Shown: piece by piece, positions 17,741-27,697 of the stretch | Numbering within the stretch: position 1 is the first letter of the stretch | Layout: the number at the start of each line of letters is the position of its first letter | Position numbers and translations under genes: made by a program | Sequence record: CM040116.1 | Strand: one strand, 5' to 3' | Length of the DNA: 32,000 nucleotides | The notes under the pieces: generated by a model | What the model was told of the DNA's origin: nothing | Database searches by the model: none | What the model saw: the letters and a program-made list of their open reading frames with translations, nothing else

Positions 17741-18403
17741 ATGGGTAATAAATGGAAGCGATTATTTTTTGAATCAGAAATTCCTTTTTATATTTACAAA
17801 TTGAATAAAGGAGATTCATTGATATTTAAATATCAAATAAAATCTAAACCGTTAATTATAGTTTTTTATGGTACTGTGTACGTTATGAAAATTTTTACAA
17901 ATAGTGAGTCTATTTTTTTAGCTATATTAACCAATAAAAGTATAATTGATTTAAATTTTAATTTTTTTGATGTTAATTATTTTTATTATAAAGTAGTTGC
18001 TTTAGAAAATACTTACTTTATTAAATTTTTTTGGTTAGATTATATTACTCATTGTCAGTATTTATCAACTTCAATTAAATTGCTCGACTTATTTCGTTAT
18101 ACTTTGAGACAATATGAAAGTTCATCATACATATTAATACATAAGTCTATTAGATACAGAGTGATTCAATTGTTATTATTATTGTGTAAGGATTTTGGGG
18201 TATTAAACAATGATTACATTCTTATTCCCTTTGAGTTATCCCAAAAAACTATTAGCTATATTACAGGAAGTAATCCAATTACCGTCAATAAAATTATGAA
18301 TTTTTTAATTCAACAATTCTTTATCAAGTATATTGTAAAAAACAAAATTATAATATGTTATTTTTCTTTTTTTAGCTATCTACGTAATAATAAAATTACT
18401 TAA
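17741..18403 (+). CDS. ntcA: Crp/Fnr-family regulator, NtcA-like (Ycf28), diverged
   Basis: 220 aa. Size and C-terminal HTH (LSQKTISYITGSNPITVNKIMNFL) fit the Crp/NtcA family. The N-terminal effector domain is poorly conserved. Position next to ycf29 and petB. Confidence 0.65.
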   Translation: MGNKWKRLFFESEIPFYIYKLNKGDSLIFKYQIKSKPLIIVFYGTVYVMKIFTNSESIFLAILTNKSIIDLNFNFFDVNYFYYKVVALENTYFIKFFWLDYITHCQYLSTSIKLLDLFRYTLRQYESSSYILIHKSIRYRVIQLLLLLCKDFGVLNNDYILIPFELSQKTISYITGSNPITVNKIMNFLIQQFFIKYIVKNKIIICYFSFFSYLRNNKIT

Positions 18404-18518
18404 TATACAAAAAAGAAAATAATAAATGTTATAATTATAATTGATTTAAGACTTAATAATAAATTTGAGTGAATTGTAGTTTAAATGCATAGTTTTTATA
18501 TTTTACTAAACAATTAAT

Positions 18519-19166
18519 ATGGGAAAGGTTTATGATTGGTTTGAAGAAAGATTGGAAATTCAAGCAATTGCAGACGATATAACTAGTAAATATGTTCCAC
18601 CTCATGTAAATATTTTTTATTGCATTGGTGGTATAGTATTTACATCTTTCTTAATTCAAGTTGCAAGTGGTTTTGCTATGACTTTTTATTATAGACCAAC
18701 TGTAGCTGAAGCTTTTTCTTCTGTTGAATATATTATGACAGATGTTAATTTCGGTTGGTTAATAAGATCAATTCATAGATGGTCTGCTAGTATGATGGTA
18801 CTTATGTTAATACTGCATATGTTTCGAGTATATTTAACTGGTGGTTTTAAAAAACCACGTGAATTAACTTGGGTAACAGGTGTTGTATTAGCTGTGCTAA
18901 CAGTTTCTTTTGGCGTAACTGGTTATTCTTTACCATGGGATCAGATAGGATACTGGGCTGTTAAGATTGTAACTGGTGTTCCTGAAGCTATACCGATAGT
19001 TGGAACAAGCATAGTTGAATTATTAAGAGGTGGAGTCAGTGTAGGGCAAAGTACACTTACAAGATTTTATAGTTTACATACTTTCGTTTTACCTCTTTTA
19101 ACTGCAGTATTTATGTTAATGCATTTTTTAATGATTCGTAAACAAGGAATTTCAGGGCCTCTATAG
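18519..19166 (+). CDS. petB: Cytochrome b6
   Basis: 215 aa, near-invariant sequence ([35 protein letters not shown]...). Confidence 0.97.
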   Translation: MGKVYDWFEERLEIQAIADDITSKYVPPHVNIFYCIGGIVFTSFLIQVASGFAMTFYYRPTVAEAFSSVEYIMTDVNFGWLIRSIHRWSASMMVLMLILHMFRVYLTGGFKKPRELTWVTGVVLAVLTVSFGVTGYSLPWDQIGYWAVKIVTGVPEAIPIVGTSIVELLRGGVSVGQSTLTRFYSLHTFVLPLLTAVFMLMHFLMIRKQGISGPL

Positions 19167-19218
19167 TTATAGTTCTATTTATCAAAATGTTTAAATTTTA
19201 TTATTAAGGAATTTCTTT

Positions 19219-19701
19219 ATGTCAATTATAAAAAAGCCTGATTTAACTGATCCAAAGTTGCGTGCTAAATTAGCTAAAGGTATGGGACATCATTACTATG
19301 GAGAGCCAGCTTGGCCAAACGATATATTATATATGTTTCCTGTTGTTATTTTAGGTATATTAGCTTGTGATGTTGGTTTATCAGTTTTAGAGCCCTGTGC
19401 TGTAGGAGAGCCAGCAAATCCTTTTGCTACACCTTTAGAAATATTACCAGAATGGTACTTTTTCCCTACTTTTAATTTATTAAGAGTTATACCTAATAAG
19501 TTGATAGGGGTTTTATCTATGGCATCTGTACCTTTAGGTCTAATTACTGTTCCATTTATTGAAAGTGTCAATAAGTTTCAGAACCCTTTTAGACGCCCCG
19601 TTGCTACTACAGTATTTCTAATTGGAACTTTTGTTGCAGTTTGGTTAGGTATTGGTGCGACTATGCCATTATCTAAGGCAATTACTTTAGGAATATTTTA
19701 A
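19219..19701 (+). CDS. petD: Cytochrome b6f subunit IV
   Basis: 160 aa, near-invariant (…[19 protein letters not shown]…[13 protein letters not shown]…). Confidence 0.97.
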   Translation: MSIIKKPDLTDPKLRAKLAKGMGHHYYGEPAWPNDILYMFPVVILGILACDVGLSVLEPCAVGEPANPFATPLEILPEWYFFPTFNLLRVIPNKLIGVLSMASVPLGLITVPFIESVNKFQNPFRRPVATTVFLIGTFVAVWLGIGATMPLSKAITLGIF

Positions 19702-19709
19702 ATATTTTT

Positions 19710-19751
19710 AATACATTGAATCATAACAATTTTGTTATGATTCAATGTATT
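19710..19751. terminator. Perfect 20-bp hairpin between convergent petD and rpl12
   Basis: aatacattgaatcataacaa (19710-19729) is the exact reverse complement of ttgttatgattcaatgtatt (19732-19751). It touches the rpl12 stop codon. Confidence 0.55.
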
Positions 19752-20146
19752 TATTTAATGGACACTTTAGCTCCAGCTTCTTCGAGTTGTTTTTTCAATT
19801 CTTCAGAGTTCTCTTTTGTTGTATTTTCTTTGATTATTTTAGGTGCTGATTCTACTAATTCTTTTGCTTCTTTTAAACCTAAACCAGTTATTGATCTAAC
19901 AACTTTCAAGATAGCAATTTTTTTAGCTGGTGGTACCTCTTCTAATACAATATTAAACTCTGTTTTCTCTTCTGTTTCATTTTTAGTAGAACTATCCACT
20001 GCTGTGGGCATAACTATTGCCGGGTTTTGAGATGCAATTGATGCATCAATATTAAATGTTTCTTCTATCTGTTTTACTAATTCTGCAGCCTCTAATAGTG
20101 TTAATGATTTTAGATCATTAATAATGTTATTAATTTTTGTACTCAT
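19751..20146 (-). CDS. rpl12: 50S ribosomal protein L7/L12
   Basis: 131 aa. LTLLEAAELVKQIEETF..., the flexible hinge, and the C-terminal GLGLKEAKELVESAP...EAGAKVSIK. Confidence 0.93.
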   Translation of the reverse strand: MSTKINNIINDLKSLTLLEAAELVKQIEETFNIDASIASQNPAIVMPTAVDSSTKNETEEKTEFNIVLEEVPPAKKIAILKVVRSITGLGLKEAKELVESAPKIIKENTTKENSEELKKQLEEAGAKVSIK

Positions 20147-20203
20147 TATATAAATCGTTTATTTTACATATAAATAAAGTTAAGGTTTTGACTACTTATT
20201 TTA

Positions 20204-20908
20204 TCACAAATAGCTTTCACGTAAAAGATTAATATCTAAAGGTATTGCAGGTCCCATAGTACTGGTAATATAGATAGACTTCCAGTATTTACCCTTCGAA
20301 CCTTGAGGTCGGTTTTTGTCTATAGATTTTTGTAAAGCAATTAAATTACTATATAAGTCTTCTGGAGTAAAATTAAGCTTACCAAATGGAATATGTAATA
20401 TTCCACTACGGTCGATTTTATATTCTAATTTTCCTGCTTTGAATTCTTGAATTGTCTTTACTAAATCATTTGTTACTGTGCCAGCTTTAGGTGAAGGCAT
20501 TAGTCCTTTAGGGCCTAAAATTTTACCTAGTTTAGCAATTGATATCATAACATCTGGAGTAGCTATCAGTTTATCGAAGTCTAAACGCCCCTTTTTGATT
20601 TCATTAATTAGATTTTCTCCTCCTATTATATCTGCTCCACCTGATTCTGCTTGTTGAATTTGATTGTGTGTAGTAATAACAGCTACCCGAATTGTTTTAC
20701 CTGTTCCCCTAGGTAGCATCACAGTTGCCTTTAACTGTTGATCTGCGTATTTAGGGTCTAATCCTAATGCAATATGTACTTCTGCTGTTTCTACAAAATT
20801 TATATTAGATAAATCTTTCATTAAATACAAAGCTTCTAAAGGTGCGTACAGCTTACTTTTATCTATTTGTTTTAAAAGTAAATTAAAGCGGCGTGAATGT
20901 TTTATCAT
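20204..20908 (-). CDS. rpl1: 50S ribosomal protein L1
   Basis: 234 aa with [34 protein letters not shown] and [16 protein letters not shown]. No rpl10 lies between rpl1 and rpl12 (57-bp spacer). Confidence 0.95.
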   Translation of the reverse strand: MIKHSRRFNLLLKQIDKSKLYAPLEALYLMKDLSNINFVETAEVHIALGLDPKYADQQLKATVMLPRGTGKTIRVAVITTHNQIQQAESGGADIIGGENLINEIKKGRLDFDKLIATPDVMISIAKLGKILGPKGLMPSPKAGTVTNDLVKTIQEFKAGKLEYKIDRSGILHIPFGKLNFTPEDLYSNLIALQKSIDKNRPQGSKGKYWKSIYITSTMGPAIPLDINLLRESYL

Positions 20909-20925
20909 GTTAAATTCAATTAATA

Positions 20926-21351
20926 TTAGTCACTAATTTGGATACCCATATTCTTTGCGGTGCCTTTCACAATTTTCATAGCTTTTTTGATATCTTGAGT
21001 GTTTAGATCTTGCAATTTAGTTTCAGCTATTTCTTGCAATTGTGCTGTAGAAATTGATCCAATTTTTTCAGTGTTTGGCTGCCCTGATCCATTTTGTACT
21101 TTGGCAGCTTTTTTCAGTAGTACAGCTGCTGGTGGAGTCTTTAAAATAAATGAAAAACTACGATCTTCATATATTGAAATTTCAACGGGTATTACCAAGC
21201 CAAGTTTGTCTAATGTTCTTGCGTTATATTCTTTACAAAACAGTACAATATTAGCTCCGTATTGCCCTAATGCTGGGCCTACTGGCGGAGCTGGAGTAGC
21301 TTTGCCTGCGTTCAAAGCTAATTTAACAAGCCCTATAATTTTTTTAGCCAT
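20926..21351 (-). CDS. rpl11: 50S ribosomal protein L11
   Basis: 141 aa with [26 protein letters not shown] and [16 protein letters not shown]. Confidence 0.95.
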   Translation of the reverse strand: MAKKIIGLVKLALNAGKATPAPPVGPALGQYGANIVLFCKEYNARTLDKLGLVIPVEISIYEDRSFSFILKTPPAAVLLKKAAKVQNGSGQPNTEKIGSISTAQLQEIAETKLQDLNTQDIKKAMKIVKGTAKNMGIQISD

Positions 21352-21885
21352 AAAATATTTTCTATTTCTTAATTATTCATTCTACTGGTCTATTATAGAG
21401 CATCAGAGTTATTAATGTAAAATTAATGGTACTATTTTATAATATACAAGATATAATATTATTATTTGTGTTTTATAAATTATTTGATTGTAGTTCAACA
21501 AATAGTTTTTCTCTTTTTGCTTAATGTATAATATGCACATATATACAATTCTGATGCTTATAGAAAAATTATAAATTATTGTACATTTATACTAAGTTTG
21601 TTAATATTCTCTTAAAGTACTTCAAACATCTTCTATAGGCTATAATTTATCACTTACTTCAGTGGCTTTATTACTGCCAGTACAAAAGGCTTAGTATATA
21701 AAACAATATATATTAAAAGCTTTATACTTACTTGTCTGAAGTAAGATGAATAGTTGATGAATATTTATTCTTAATTAGTAGTTGTATTGAATAGAATTAA
21801 GATATATTTATTAATTAAAAAATTTATTTATTAGTTCTTTATTTTGATTTTTTGATATTCATTTTTAGATATTATTCTAATATTA

Positions 21886-21958
21886 CACGCCTTGAAGGAC
21901 TTGAACCCTCGACATCAGGTTTTGGAAACCTGCGTTCTACCAACTGAACTAAAGGCGT
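21886..21958 (-). tRNA. trnW: tRNA-Trp(CCA)
   Basis: The minus strand reads ACGCCTTTAGTTCAGTTGGTAGAACGCAGGTTTCCAAAACCTGATGTCGAGGGTTCAAGTCCTTCAAGGCGTG. Anticodon loop TTCCAAA. Confidence 0.9.
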
Positions 21959-22188
21959 AGTATATAAAAACATACATTAAAATATAGAAAAAGTAAAAAA
22001 TTTGAGTAAATTAAATCGTTGCAAAAGCTTAATATGACATATTCATTATTTGTATACTGTTTATACTGGATTATATAAAAATGGACAATTATCATAGTCA
22101 GAAATTAATATAAATTATATATAATCAGATGCCAAATATAAGATTATACAATTATATTAATAGTATTATTTTTTATCTGTATATTTTT

Positions 22189-23250
22189 ATGTTTTATCCT
22201 GTATCTACTAATCATCTTTCAGAATTTGAGTATAAAAAATATGCTCGTCATTTAGTTTTAGAGAATATTGGCGATAATGGGCAAAAACGGTTAAAAGCAG
22301 CTAAAGTTTTATTTATTGGTGCCGGTGGCTTGGCTGCATCTGGTATTATTTATTTGGCTTCTTCCGGAGTAGGCTGTTTAGGCATTGTAGATGATGATCA
22401 AGTAGCTTATTCTAATTTACATAGGCAAATTTTATATAAAGATGAAGATATTGGCCAATTAAAAGTTAATGTAGTACGTGATAGAATTAAAGATATAAAT
22501 TCACAATGCTCTGTTCATATATATTCATGTACAGTAGATGAATATAATTGTAGAGATATTATTAAAAATTATGATATAGTTATAGACACAACAGATAATT
22601 TTCAAGCACGATACATAATTAGTAGATCATGTTATTTACAGAATAAGATACATATTTATGGAGCTGTACAAGCTTTTGAAGGTCATATAAGTGTTTTTAA
22701 TTACAAAAGTGGGCCTTTATATTCTGATTTATATCCTAAAAACTTAAATTTATATACCAAAAAATGTAGTGTGTTAGGTGTATTAGGTGTATTAACTGGT
22801 ATTATAGGTACTCTTCAAGTAGTAGAAGCAATGAAAATCGTTTTAGGTATAGGTAATATTTTAAGTGGTTATTTATTAGTCTATAATCTTCTTGATGCAT
22901 CTTTCAAAACGGTAGAAATAGTGCCAAAAATGAGTTATAAGTATTACTATGACAATAAATTATTAAATTCTAATTTGATTAATCAGACTAGTTTATTGTT
23001 TAAATTCAATCAATCTGATCTAGTGTTAATTGATGTTCGCCAACCAGAAGAATTTGGTAAATATCATTTGTCTAAAGCTATTAATATTCCTTTAAAAAAT
23101 ATTAAGTTGAGAAAAACTATTGATTTTATACGTCATTATATAATAGATAAAACAATAGTTATATATTGTTATGATAATTTGAGATCACTTGTTGCATCAC
23201 AGATTTTATATAAAAATCAAATTAAACACTATTGTTTTAGTAATCGGTAG
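22189..23250 (+). CDS. moeB: MoeB/ThiF-family adenylyltransferase fused to a C-terminal rhodanese domain
   Basis: YARHLVL, the nucleotide loop FIGAGGLAASG, DDDQVAYSNLHRQ, TDNFQARY, and the catalytic-Cys region KKCSVLGVLG. The rhodanese part has LIDVRQPEEF and an active-site-like YCYDNLRS. An upstream in-frame ATG at 22129 is also possible. Confidence 0.85.
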   Translation: MFYPVSTNHLSEFEYKKYARHLVLENIGDNGQKRLKAAKVLFIGAGGLAASGIIYLASSGVGCLGIVDDDQVAYSNLHRQILYKDEDIGQLKVNVVRDRIKDINSQCSVHIYSCTVDEYNCRDIIKNYDIVIDTTDNFQARYIISRSCYLQNKIHIYGAVQAFEGHISVFNYKSGPLYSDLYPKNLNLYTKKCSVLGVLGVLTGIIGTLQVVEAMKIVLGIGNILSGYLLVYNLLDASFKTVEIVPKMSYKYYYDNKLLNSNLINQTSLLFKFNQSDLVLIDVRQPEEFGKYHLSKAINIPLKNIKLRKTIDFIRHYIIDKTIVIYCYDNLRSLVASQILYKNQIKHYCFSNR

Positions 23251-23291
23251 CATTATATAATCTATTATTATTATTTTTCGCAGAGTTAGAT

Positions 23292-23756
23292 ATGAAAAAA
23301 AAGATAACGGTTATTTTGAAGAAGAATTTGGTTAATCTTGGGTCAGTAGGTAATATAGTAAAGGTAAGCTCTGGTTATGCTTTTAATTATTTAATTCCTT
23401 ATGATTTTGCTTATTTAGCAACTACTGGAAGATTGAAGCATTATAAAATGTTTTCAAATATAAAACAAAGAAAATTAGATGAAATTAAGAGTAAGTTCCA
23501 GACAATTGCTCAAAAATTAAATAAAATTGCGAAAATTAGTATTAAGAAGAAAGTCGGTAATACTAATCAAATTTTTGGTAGTATAAGCGATAAAGAAATA
23601 ATATCAAAGATTTTATATATTACAGGAGAGAAGTTAGATAAGAAAAATCTCTATATACCTAATATTAAGAAGATAGGTATTTATAATTTAGATATTATTC
23701 TTACAGATGAAATGAGAATATGTATAAAATTACAAGTTTTCCCAGCTTTTATATAA
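23292..23756 (+). CDS. rpl9: 50S ribosomal protein L9
   Basis: 154 aa. The N-terminal VILKKNLVNLGSVGNIVKVSSGYAFNYLIP matches the L9 N-domain signature. Confidence 0.85.
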   Translation: MKKKITVILKKNLVNLGSVGNIVKVSSGYAFNYLIPYDFAYLATTGRLKHYKMFSNIKQRKLDEIKSKFQTIAQKLNKIAKISIKKKVGNTNQIFGSISDKEIISKILYITGEKLDKKNLYIPNIKKIGIYNLDIILTDEMRICIKLQVFPAFI

Positions 23757-23790
23757 TATTTAGTTATAGGCAATTAATTTAATAGTTTTA

Positions 23791-23862
23791 CTGGGGTGGG
23801 AGGATTCGAACCTGCGAATGGCGGAGTCAAAGTCCGCTGCCTTACCGCTTGGCTACACCCCA
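23791..23862 (-). tRNA. trnQ: tRNA-Gln(UUG)
   Basis: The minus strand reads TGGGGTGTAGCCAAGCGGTAAGGCAGCGGACTTTGACTCCGCCATTCGCAGGTTCGAATCCTCCCACCCCAG. Anticodon loop CTTTGAC. Confidence 0.9.
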
Positions 23863-23913
23863 TATAATATAATTATATTAAACAATTAATTAGTATTGAT
23901 TGTCAACTAAGGG

Positions 23914-25161
23914 TTAATGTTTTAATTTGTATATTTCTTCTAAAAAAGTTGAATAGGAAATTGTATATTGTTTATGTTCATCTAATTTTCTAGTAGTAAT
24001 ACAATTATTATTTATTTCTTGATCTCCTAAAATAATACAAAATTTAGCTCCTAGCTTGCTAGCTCTTTTAATTTGTTTTTGGAAACTTGTGTTAGACAAA
24101 TCTAATTCGAATTTTATATTTTCTTTTTCTAAATTTTGTATTATTTTCCAAATTTTTTTTTGTGCTTCTAAGCCTTGTGTAGCTATATATACATTTATTG
24201 GTTGTTGAGACAGTATTAACTCTTGTTCAATGATTTGTAATAATCTTTCTAATCCTATTGCCCAACCCACTGCTGGTGTTTTTGGACCTCCTAGTTGTTC
24301 TATTAGGTTATCATAACGTCCACCTCCACATATAGTATTTTGACGATCTTGAGAATTAGTTTTCATTTCGAAAGTTGTTTGGTTATAGTAGTCTAATCCT
24401 CTTACTAGTTTATGATTGATTGTGTATGGTATACTCAAATTCTCTAGATGTTTGCAAACTAAATGGAAATGTTCAGCAGATGCTTTATTCAAGTATTTAC
24501 TTAAATTTGGAGCATAATTTAAAATTTCTTGAGTTTTGATATTTTTGCTATCTAAAATTCTTAAAGGATTGGAGTAAAGGCGATTCTGAGAATCTTTATC
24601 TAAATCTTTTTTATATTGTAATAAATATTTAACTAAGTCTCTTTTATATATTTGTCTTTCTTCTAAGCTGCCGATAGAATTAATTTCTAGTATATAATCT
24701 TTTAATTCGAGTTGATAGAGTAATTCATTAGCTAAATGTATTACCTCTGCATCTGCCATTGGGCTCAAGCTACCAATGCATTCTATACCTATTTGATGAA
24801 ATTGTCTTTGCCTTCCACTTTGCGGTCTTTCATATCGAAACATTGGTCCTAAATACCAAAGCTTTTGTAACTTATTTTGATAAAGTTTATTGTTCACGAA
24901 TGCTCTAGCAATACTTGCTGTTCCTTCTGGTCTTAGAGTTATATTTCTATTGCTTTGGTCAGTGAAAGTATACATTTCTTTATTAAGAATATCAGTCTCT
25001 TCTCCTATAGTACGTTGAAATAAGTTTGTTGATTCTATAATAGGTGTTCTGATTTCTGAATAGTTATGTAAAGATAGTAAGGCTGAAGCTTTATTGTATA
25101 TATGTTGCCAATAGATAATTTCATTAGGTAATATGTCTTTAGTTCCTCTGAGTGGTTGCAT
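23914..25161 (-). CDS. hisS: Histidyl-tRNA synthetase (syh)
   Basis: 415 aa. Class II aaRS motifs (GTKDILP, LRPEGTASIARA, FRYERPQSGRQRQFHQIG, GGGRYDNL) and a C-terminal anticodon-binding domain. Confidence 0.92.
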   Translation of the reverse strand: MQPLRGTKDILPNEIIYWQHIYNKASALLSLHNYSEIRTPIIESTNLFQRTIGEETDILNKEMYTFTDQSNRNITLRPEGTASIARAFVNNKLYQNKLQKLWYLGPMFRYERPQSGRQRQFHQIGIECIGSLSPMADAEVIHLANELLYQLELKDYILEINSIGSLEERQIYKRDLVKYLLQYKKDLDKDSQNRLYSNPLRILDSKNIKTQEILNYAPNLSKYLNKASAEHFHLVCKHLENLSIPYTINHKLVRGLDYYNQTTFEMKTNSQDRQNTICGGGRYDNLIEQLGGPKTPAVGWAIGLERLLQIIEQELILSQQPINVYIATQGLEAQKKIWKIIQNLEKENIKFELDLSNTSFQKQIKRASKLGAKFCIILGDQEINNNCITTRKLDEHKQYTISYSTFLEEIYKLKH

Positions 25162-25241
25162 AAAATATGATTTTGATATTATTATATGTATTAAATATTA
25201 TGATAAAAAATATAGTTTTTTATATGTTTTTATAAATTTAT

Positions 25242-25315
25242 CGGGCGAGGAGGGATTCGAACCCCCGACAACGTGGTTCGTAGCCACGTGCTCTAATCCA
25301 CTGAGCTACACGCCC
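25242..25315 (-). tRNA. trnR: tRNA-Arg(ACG)
   Basis: The minus strand reads GGGCGTGTAGCTCAGTGGATTAGAGCACGTGGCTACGAACCACGTTGTCGGGGGTTCGAATCCCTCCTCGCCCG. Anticodon loop CTACGAA. One acceptor-stem mismatch. Confidence 0.9.
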
Positions 25316-25452
25316 TTATTTAGTATTAGTATACCAGTTTTCTAATCAAAAATTTATCTTTTTGTTTTTGTTAATTGTTTTTATTTATAAAACTAACGTT
25401 AAATTATTTTAATTTAGATCTATTTATATATTTTTGATTGAAGGATGATAAA

Positions 25453-27039
25453 ATGGCAAAAAAAATTTTATATCAAGATAATGCACGTAAAGCTTTAGAG
25501 AAGGGTATGGACACTTTAGTTGAAGCTGTTGCTATAACATTGGGACCTAAAGGCAGAAATGTTGTACTAGAAAAAAAGTTTGGTGCCCCCCAGATTATTA
25601 ATGACGGAGTGACTATTGCTAAAGAAATAGAGCTAAAAGATGTAATAGAAAATACAGGCGTTGCGTTGATTAGACAGGCTGCATCGAAAACAAATGATGT
25701 TGCTGGTGATGGTACAACTACTGCTACTGTATTAGCTCATGCTATAGTTAAGCAGGGTCTTAAAAATGTTGCAGCTGGTTCTAATCCTATTATCTTGAAA
25801 AAAGGAATAGAAAAAGCAGTGAAATTTATCGTTGCTAAAATTGCAGATTATTCTAAACCTATTTTAAATATGCAGGATATTACTCATGTTGGTTCTATAT
25901 CTTCTGGCAATGATATTGAAGTTGGAAATATGATAGCTAATGCTATTAAGCGAGTTGGTAAAGAAGGAATTATTTCTTTAGAAGAAGGTCAGTCAACGAC
26001 TATAGAATTAGAAATTAAAGAAGGTATGAAGTTTGATAAAGGTTTTATCTCTCCTTACTTCGTGACAGATACATCTAGAATGGAAGTAGTACAAGATAAT
26101 CCATATATATTAATCACAGATAAGAAAATTACACTTATTCAACAAGAATTATTACCTATTTTAGAAAAAGTTACTAAAACAGGTCGTCCTTTACTTATTA
26201 TAGCTGAGGATATTGAAAAAGAAGCTTTGGCTACAATTATTGTAAATAAGTTAAGAGGTATTATTAATGTAGTTGCTGTCAGATCGCCTGGTTTTGGAGA
26301 TAGAAGAAAATTATTATTAGAAGATATAGCTGTTTTAACTTCAGGAGAAGTTATTACACAAGATATGGGCTTAACTTTAGACACGGTGACTTTGAATCAA
26401 TTAGGTTCTGCTAGACGTGTTCAAATTACGAAAGATACCACAACAATTGTTGCAGATGTGGACGAAAGTCTGATTAAAGCACGTTGTGATCAAATTAGGA
26501 GGCAATTAGAAGCTAGTACCAATAGTTATGAAAAAGAGAAGTTACATGAGAGATTAGCTAAGCTATCTGGAGGTGTTGCTGTTATTAAAGTAGGTGCTGC
26601 GACTGAAACAGAAATGAGGGATAAAAAACTACGTTTAGAAGATGCTATTAATGCAACTAAGGCAGCCATTGAAGAAGGTATAGTACCTGGAGGAGGTTCT
26701 ACTTTTGTACATTTATCTCAAGATTTGCAAGATTGGGCTGTAAATAATTTAGTTGAAGAAGAATTGGTTGGTGCTTTAATTATAGTTGATGCTTTATTGT
26801 ATCCAATTAAAAGAATTGTGGAAAACGCAGGTAATAATGGCGCTATAATTGTAGAAAAAATCAAAGGCAGCAATTTTTCTATGGGCTATAATGCTGATAT
26901 TGGTCAAATTGTTGATATGTATAAAGAAGGTATTGTTGATCCAGCCAAAGTTACACGTTCTGCTTTACAAAATGCAGCTTCAATAGCTTCAATGATTTTA
27001 ACAACGGAATGTCTTATAGCAGATCAAGCAGATAGTTAA
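25453..27039 (+). CDS. groEL: Chaperonin GroEL (Cpn60)
   Basis: [41 protein letters not shown]..., [41 protein letters not shown]. The ATG at 25453 is preceded by AAGGA. The track ORF starts at TTG 25438. Confidence 0.97.
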   Translation: MAKKILYQDNARKALEKGMDTLVEAVAITLGPKGRNVVLEKKFGAPQIINDGVTIAKEIELKDVIENTGVALIRQAASKTNDVAGDGTTTATVLAHAIVKQGLKNVAAGSNPIILKKGIEKAVKFIVAKIADYSKPILNMQDITHVGSISSGNDIEVGNMIANAIKRVGKEGIISLEEGQSTTIELEIKEGMKFDKGFISPYFVTDTSRMEVVQDNPYILITDKKITLIQQELLPILEKVTKTGRPLLIIAEDIEKEALATIIVNKLRGIINVVAVRSPGFGDRRKLLLEDIAVLTSGEVITQDMGLTLDTVTLNQLGSARRVQITKDTTTIVADVDESLIKARCDQIRRQLEASTNSYEKEKLHERLAKLSGGVAVIKVGAATETEMRDKKLRLEDAINATKAAIEEGIVPGGGSTFVHLSQDLQDWAVNNLVEEELVGALIIVDALLYPIKRIVENAGNNGAIIVEKIKGSNFSMGYNADIGQIVDMYKEGIVDPAKVTRSALQNAASIASMILTTECLIADQADS

Positions 27040-27053
27040 AATATAAATGTATT

Positions 27054-27583
27054 TTATTCTTTAGTTGTACATATATTATATATGTAAGATGGCGACTTTA
27101 GATATTTGATAAGAAAGTATATGCCATTCTTATTACCCAATACATGCATTATATATAAATTAAATATAGCGATTTCTGTTATATATTTATCGTAGAAATA
27201 GAACTTGCTGTTAATATTATAATAGTTATGTGTTTTATAGTATATGTATTTAAATCTTTGTAAATATTGTTTGATGCTTGTTAATTGATTATCATTATAT
27301 ATTGCTGTTAATATCTTACTTATCTTTTTCTGCATTCTTGAATTGTTAACAGATTTATAAAGATAATAGATTGTTGTTATTGTTTCTTTAAAGTCGTATA
27401 ATGTATAATATTTCGGATGTCTAAGTAAGTTACCACATCGTATCAAGAATAAATTATTTAGACGAGTAGCTTCTTCTACTGAATTTATTTTGTATGTATA
27501 GTTTTCGTCTAAATTATATAAGTTTATAGCTTCAATACTAACTAATAGAAAATCAATTTTTTTTTATATAACTTATTATTCAT
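27054..27583 (-). CDS. Orphan hypothetical ORF. The long frame 27054-27563 has no ATG; the ATG at 27583 is one nucleotide out of frame across the A9 run (27557-27565)
   Basis: Stop-free for 170 codons (27054-27563, minus strand), translating ...KKIDFLLVSIEAINLYNLDENYTYKINSVEEATRLNNLFLIRCGNLLRHPKYY...YLIKYLKSPSYIYNICTTKE*. ATG AAT AAT AAG TTA TAT (A)9 would join this frame if the run were A10. I recognise no family. Confidence 0.35.
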
Positions 27584-27646
27584 GGTTATGTATTGTAATC
27601 GAATACTCTAAATAATGCAATTTTAATCTATGATTCGAAATATTTA

Positions 27647-27684
27647 GATGATTAGCATAATCTATAAATTATTACTAATCATCC
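27647..27684. terminator. 9-bp stem hairpin downstream of ycf65
   Basis: gatgattag (27647-27655) pairs with ctaatcatc (27676-27684), with a 20-nt loop, 14 nt past the ycf65 stop on the minus strand. Confidence 0.3.
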
Positions 27685-27697
27685 AGTAAAACTTGAA

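Noticed and set aside
19296-21415. ORFs 19296..19571(-), 19716..20030(+) and 20999..21415(+).
   Set aside because: Antisense to petD, rpl12 and rpl11 respectively.
21352-21885. Searched the large spacer, and other spacers, for tmRNA (ssrA), SRP RNA (ffs), an extra tRNA, or decayed secE/nusG coding sequence.
   Set aside because: There is no unassigned T-arm (GGTTCGAA/GGTTCAA-type) box, no SRP domain-IV-like GGAA/AGCA motif pair, and all three minus-strand frames are broken by many stops. Only short ORFs of 33-45 codons with no recognisable sequence were found.
25133-25345. 70-aa ORF on the plus strand.
   Set aside because: It spans the hisS start region and reads straight through trnR(ACG) on the opposite strand (the GEEGFEPPTTWFVATCSNPLSYTP part is the tRNA gene translated).
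26139-26384. 81-aa ORF antisense to groEL.
   Set aside because: It lies inside a near-invariant chaperonin CDS.
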